DNA from: Zetaproteobacteria bacterium
Lineage (GTDB): Bacteria; Pseudomonadota; Zetaproteobacteria; Mariprofundales; Mariprofundaceae
Length of the DNA: 64,000 bases
Assembly: GCA_002753275.1 (NCBI GenBank)
Contig: PEAA01000005.1
Span: 493-64,492, forward strand
Reading direction: 5' to 3'
The notes under the pieces were generated by a model that did no database searches, was not told the origin of the DNA, and saw only the letters and a program-made list of their open reading frames with translations. Within the stretch, counting starts at the first letter, position 1. Each line of letters begins with the position of its first letter. The translations under genes were made by a program, and so were the position numbers. Positions 61,823 through 64,000 of this stretch are shown here, piece by piece.

Positions 61823-62479
61823 TTGCTCCCTTTTATCGAGATCTTGGCAACGCTCGCTGAGGGCGTTGCTTATACAGTATGGGTAACAGTTGTTTGTAGT
61901 GTCACGGGGGTTGGCGTGGGGCTAACTGTTGTTGCACTGCGTAAGTTGGAAATCAGTTCGCTCACGATATTTCTTGATGTTTTCACCTATGTTTTTCGGG
62001 CGGTTCCATTGTTGGTCATGCTCTTCATTGTCTATTTTGGTTTTCCAAGTTTAGGTGTGAAACTTTCTCCTTTGTTGGCGATGGTTTTAAGCCTTGGGGT
62101 GATTGCAGGAGCCTATCTGGGTGAAGTTTATCGTGGCGCATTACAAGCTGTGGATGATCATGAGATTTTGGCTGCGCAGTCGATGGGATTCAATCGTTGG
62201 CAAATTTTGCTCTTGATTGAGTTCCCACAAATGTTGCGTTTTTCATTTCCGGGAATGGTGAATGAATTTACAACTGTATTGAAATACTCGCCTTTTGCCT
62301 ACACTGTGGGGATGCCAGAAATTACCAAGCAGGCGATGGCCTTGACGGGGGTAACCAATCAAGGCATTGAGATCTATTTGGCGGCAGGTCTGCTCTATTT
62401 TGCAATTTATCGGATCCTGCTTTTAGCGCTGCAAGCCGTTGAAAATTATTGGCGCATCCCGGGAATGAAACCGTTATGA
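61823..62479 (+). CDS. Amino-acid ABC transporter permease (His/Glu/Gln/Arg/opine family)
   Basis: It has 5-6 TM helices and the EAA-loop region EILAAQSMGFNRWQILLLIEFPQMLR. It has a TTG start. Confidence 0.88.
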   Translation: MLPFIEILATLAEGVAYTVWVTVVCSVTGVGVGLTVVALRKLEISSLTIFLDVFTYVFRAVPLLVMLFIVYFGFPSLGVKLSPLLAMVLSLGVIAGAYLGEVYRGALQAVDDHEILAAQSMGFNRWQILLLIEFPQMLRFSFPGMVNEFTTVLKYSPFAYTVGMPEITKQAMALTGVTNQGIEIYLAAGLLYFAIYRILLLALQAVENYWRIPGMKPL

Positions 62480-62494
62480 AAGGGTGCGAAACAG

Positions 62495-63223
62495 ATGATT
62501 AAAATTCGATCGTTGGTTAAAGATTTTGATGGGCATTGTGTATTGAATGGTGTCAATTTGGATGTTGCGGCTGGAGATATCAAGGTGGTGATGGGAGCAT
62601 CAGGTTGTGGCAAATCAACACTGCTTCGATGCTTGAATCGTTTGCTCGATGTAACCTCTGGTTCGATCCACTTTATGGGCAATGATATTACCCATAAAGA
62701 TACGGATGTGCGCCAATTAAGGCAGCAAATAGGGTTTGTTTTCCAACAATTTGCTCTTTATCGCCACCTAAGTGTGCTCGATAATGTGACACTGGCGTTG
62801 CGTAAATTGCGCGGGCTATCTCGTGCAGATGCGAATGAGAAAGCATCGTTTGAATTGGAAAAATTAGCGATGATTGATCACCGACATAAATACCCTGCGC
62901 AAATCTCAGGTGGGCAGAAGCAGCGTGTCGCCATTGCACGCGCGTTAGCGATGGACCCTTCGATGATCGTTTTTGATGAACCTACATCCGCATTGGATCC
63001 TATTATGTCACGCGAAGTGGCAGCATTGATTCGCACGCTTAATGAAGAGCGTGTGACCATTCTGTGCGTGACCCATGATGTGGCGCTTGGTAAGGTGCTT
63101 TCAGATAATGTGGTCTTTTTGGATCGAGGCGAGGTCAAAGCGGAGGCCTCTTTTGATTACCTCTGTCATGATCACCCGGATGCAGAAGTGCGAGCGTTTT
63201 TTGGCAGGGGTGAGTCCAGATGA
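62495..63223 (+). CDS. Amino-acid ABC transporter ATP-binding protein
   Basis: The Walker A motif is GASGCGKST, the signature is ISGGQKQRVAIARAL, and the Walker B motif is MIVFDEPTSALD. Confidence 0.93.
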   Translation: MIKIRSLVKDFDGHCVLNGVNLDVAAGDIKVVMGASGCGKSTLLRCLNRLLDVTSGSIHFMGNDITHKDTDVRQLRQQIGFVFQQFALYRHLSVLDNVTLALRKLRGLSRADANEKASFELEKLAMIDHRHKYPAQISGGQKQRVAIARALAMDPSMIVFDEPTSALDPIMSREVAALIRTLNEERVTILCVTHDVALGKVLSDNVVFLDRGEVKAEASFDYLCHDHPDAEVRAFFGRGESR

Positions 63224-63915
63224 TGCAGGGTTGGCACACCTTTTTCATGGATCTTGTTGAGCAGATGCCGCTTATTCTGCATGGAGTAGGCAATACGATT
63301 CTATTGGGTGTTACCATTAGTGTCACTGGACTTATTTTTGGTATCGTTGTTTTTTATCTTGCTTTGAGTCACAATGTTATTGTTCGATCATGCGTCAAGG
63401 GCTATATCTCATTTTTTACTGGTATGCCGCTGATTGTATTGCTGTTTTTGATGTATTATGGTTTGCCATCGTGGGGAGTTCGTCTTTCTCCGTTTGTGGT
63501 CTCTGTGATTGGATTTACCATGAATATTGCGGCCTACAATGCGGCTTATTTAATGAGTGGGTATAACAGCTTAGATGCCGCGGAGATCGATGCAGCAAAA
63601 TCGCAAGGATTCACTCCTTTGCAACTCTTTAAATGGATTACCTTGCCGCAAGTTTTACTGCTTTCAGTTCCAGCGCTGTCAAACCAGGTGATTCGCAATA
63701 TTAAAGATACCTCCGTCGCTTTTTTGATTCAGTACACAGAGTTTTTTGCCCGTATTCAAGAGCTTGCCGCAAGTAATTTTCAATTTTTTAAAGCCTACTT
63801 TTTTGCTGGGGTTGTCTATCTTCTGTTGGTTTCGTTGGTGGTGCTGATGGCGCGATGGTTGGAGCGTCATATTGTTATTCCAGGATTACATCGTACATTG
63901 GATCGTCAGTCGTGA
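63220..63915 (+). CDS. Amino-acid ABC transporter permease (second membrane subunit)
   Basis: It has an ATGA overlap with the ATPase gene. The EAA-loop region is EIDAAKSQGFTPLQLFKWITLPQVL. Confidence 0.88.
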   Translation: MMQGWHTFFMDLVEQMPLILHGVGNTILLGVTISVTGLIFGIVVFYLALSHNVIVRSCVKGYISFFTGMPLIVLLFLMYYGLPSWGVRLSPFVVSVIGFTMNIAAYNAAYLMSGYNSLDAAEIDAAKSQGFTPLQLFKWITLPQVLLLSVPALSNQVIRNIKDTSVAFLIQYTEFFARIQELAASNFQFFKAYFFAGVVYLLLVSLVVLMARWLERHIVIPGLHRTLDRQS

Positions 63916-64000
63916 TGTCGTGTGCGGAGGCTTATTGTGGTAAATAGCGATCATATTGGTGTACAAGCGCTTGAAAGGTGATGTTGTGGCGTAGCAAGTC

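Overview
This is a chromosomal, mostly housekeeping segment of a proteobacterium. The proteobacterial call rests on pcm-nlpD-rpoS synteny, an rnfABCDGE operon and a Gly-Cys-Leu tRNA operon in the same order as E. coli glyW-cysT-leuZ. By eye the DNA is moderately AT-rich. I found no transposase, integrase, CRISPR array, rRNA or recognisable intact defence genes.

Gene content, left to right:
- bcsA(5'-partial)-bcsB-bcsZ-bcsC cellulose operon, followed 11 nt later by a Tat-exported FAD sugar-dehydrogenase pair.
- A convergent periplasmic-sensor PAS-PAS-GGDEF diguanylate cyclase.
- Three tRNAs.
- pcm-yqaA-nlpD-rpoS-apt, then ettA.
- A two-subunit pyruvate carboxylase.
- A long Calvin-cycle/gluconeogenesis-type block (fba, pyk, pgk, gap, tkt, glpX, an IMPase-family gene) facing a PPi-dependent phosphofructokinase.
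- carB-greA, membrane proteins, and thrB (kinase-fold type).
- murA-hisGDCBH.
- A PIN-PhoH2 gene followed by a Cox3-like / Cox1-like / PCuAC cluster.
- dapF-queF-dapE, then ygfZ and a MIF-family tautomerase downstream of rnfABCDGE.
- A polar amino-acid ABC transporter.

The most unusual observations:
1. BcsB carries a ~590-residue N-terminal coiled coil made of in-register 28-residue repeats.
2. A heme-copper-oxidase subunit I homologue, by eye alignment, lacks two of the six canonical His ligands, the cross-linked Tyr and the D-channel Glu. It has no subunit II gene but sits next to a PCuAC copper chaperone.
3. A Tat/FAD/3Fe-4S sugar dehydrogenase without its cytochrome c subunit is appended to the bcs operon.
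4. An unannotated 39-codon membrane ORF is start/stop-coupled to rnfE.
5. The 606-bp rnfA/ABC-transporter intergenic region holds an orphan terminator, a GC-rich helicase-like gene fragment and a poly-C tract inside a candidate promoter spacer.

All family assignments come from motif recognition and by-eye alignment. No database searches were run.
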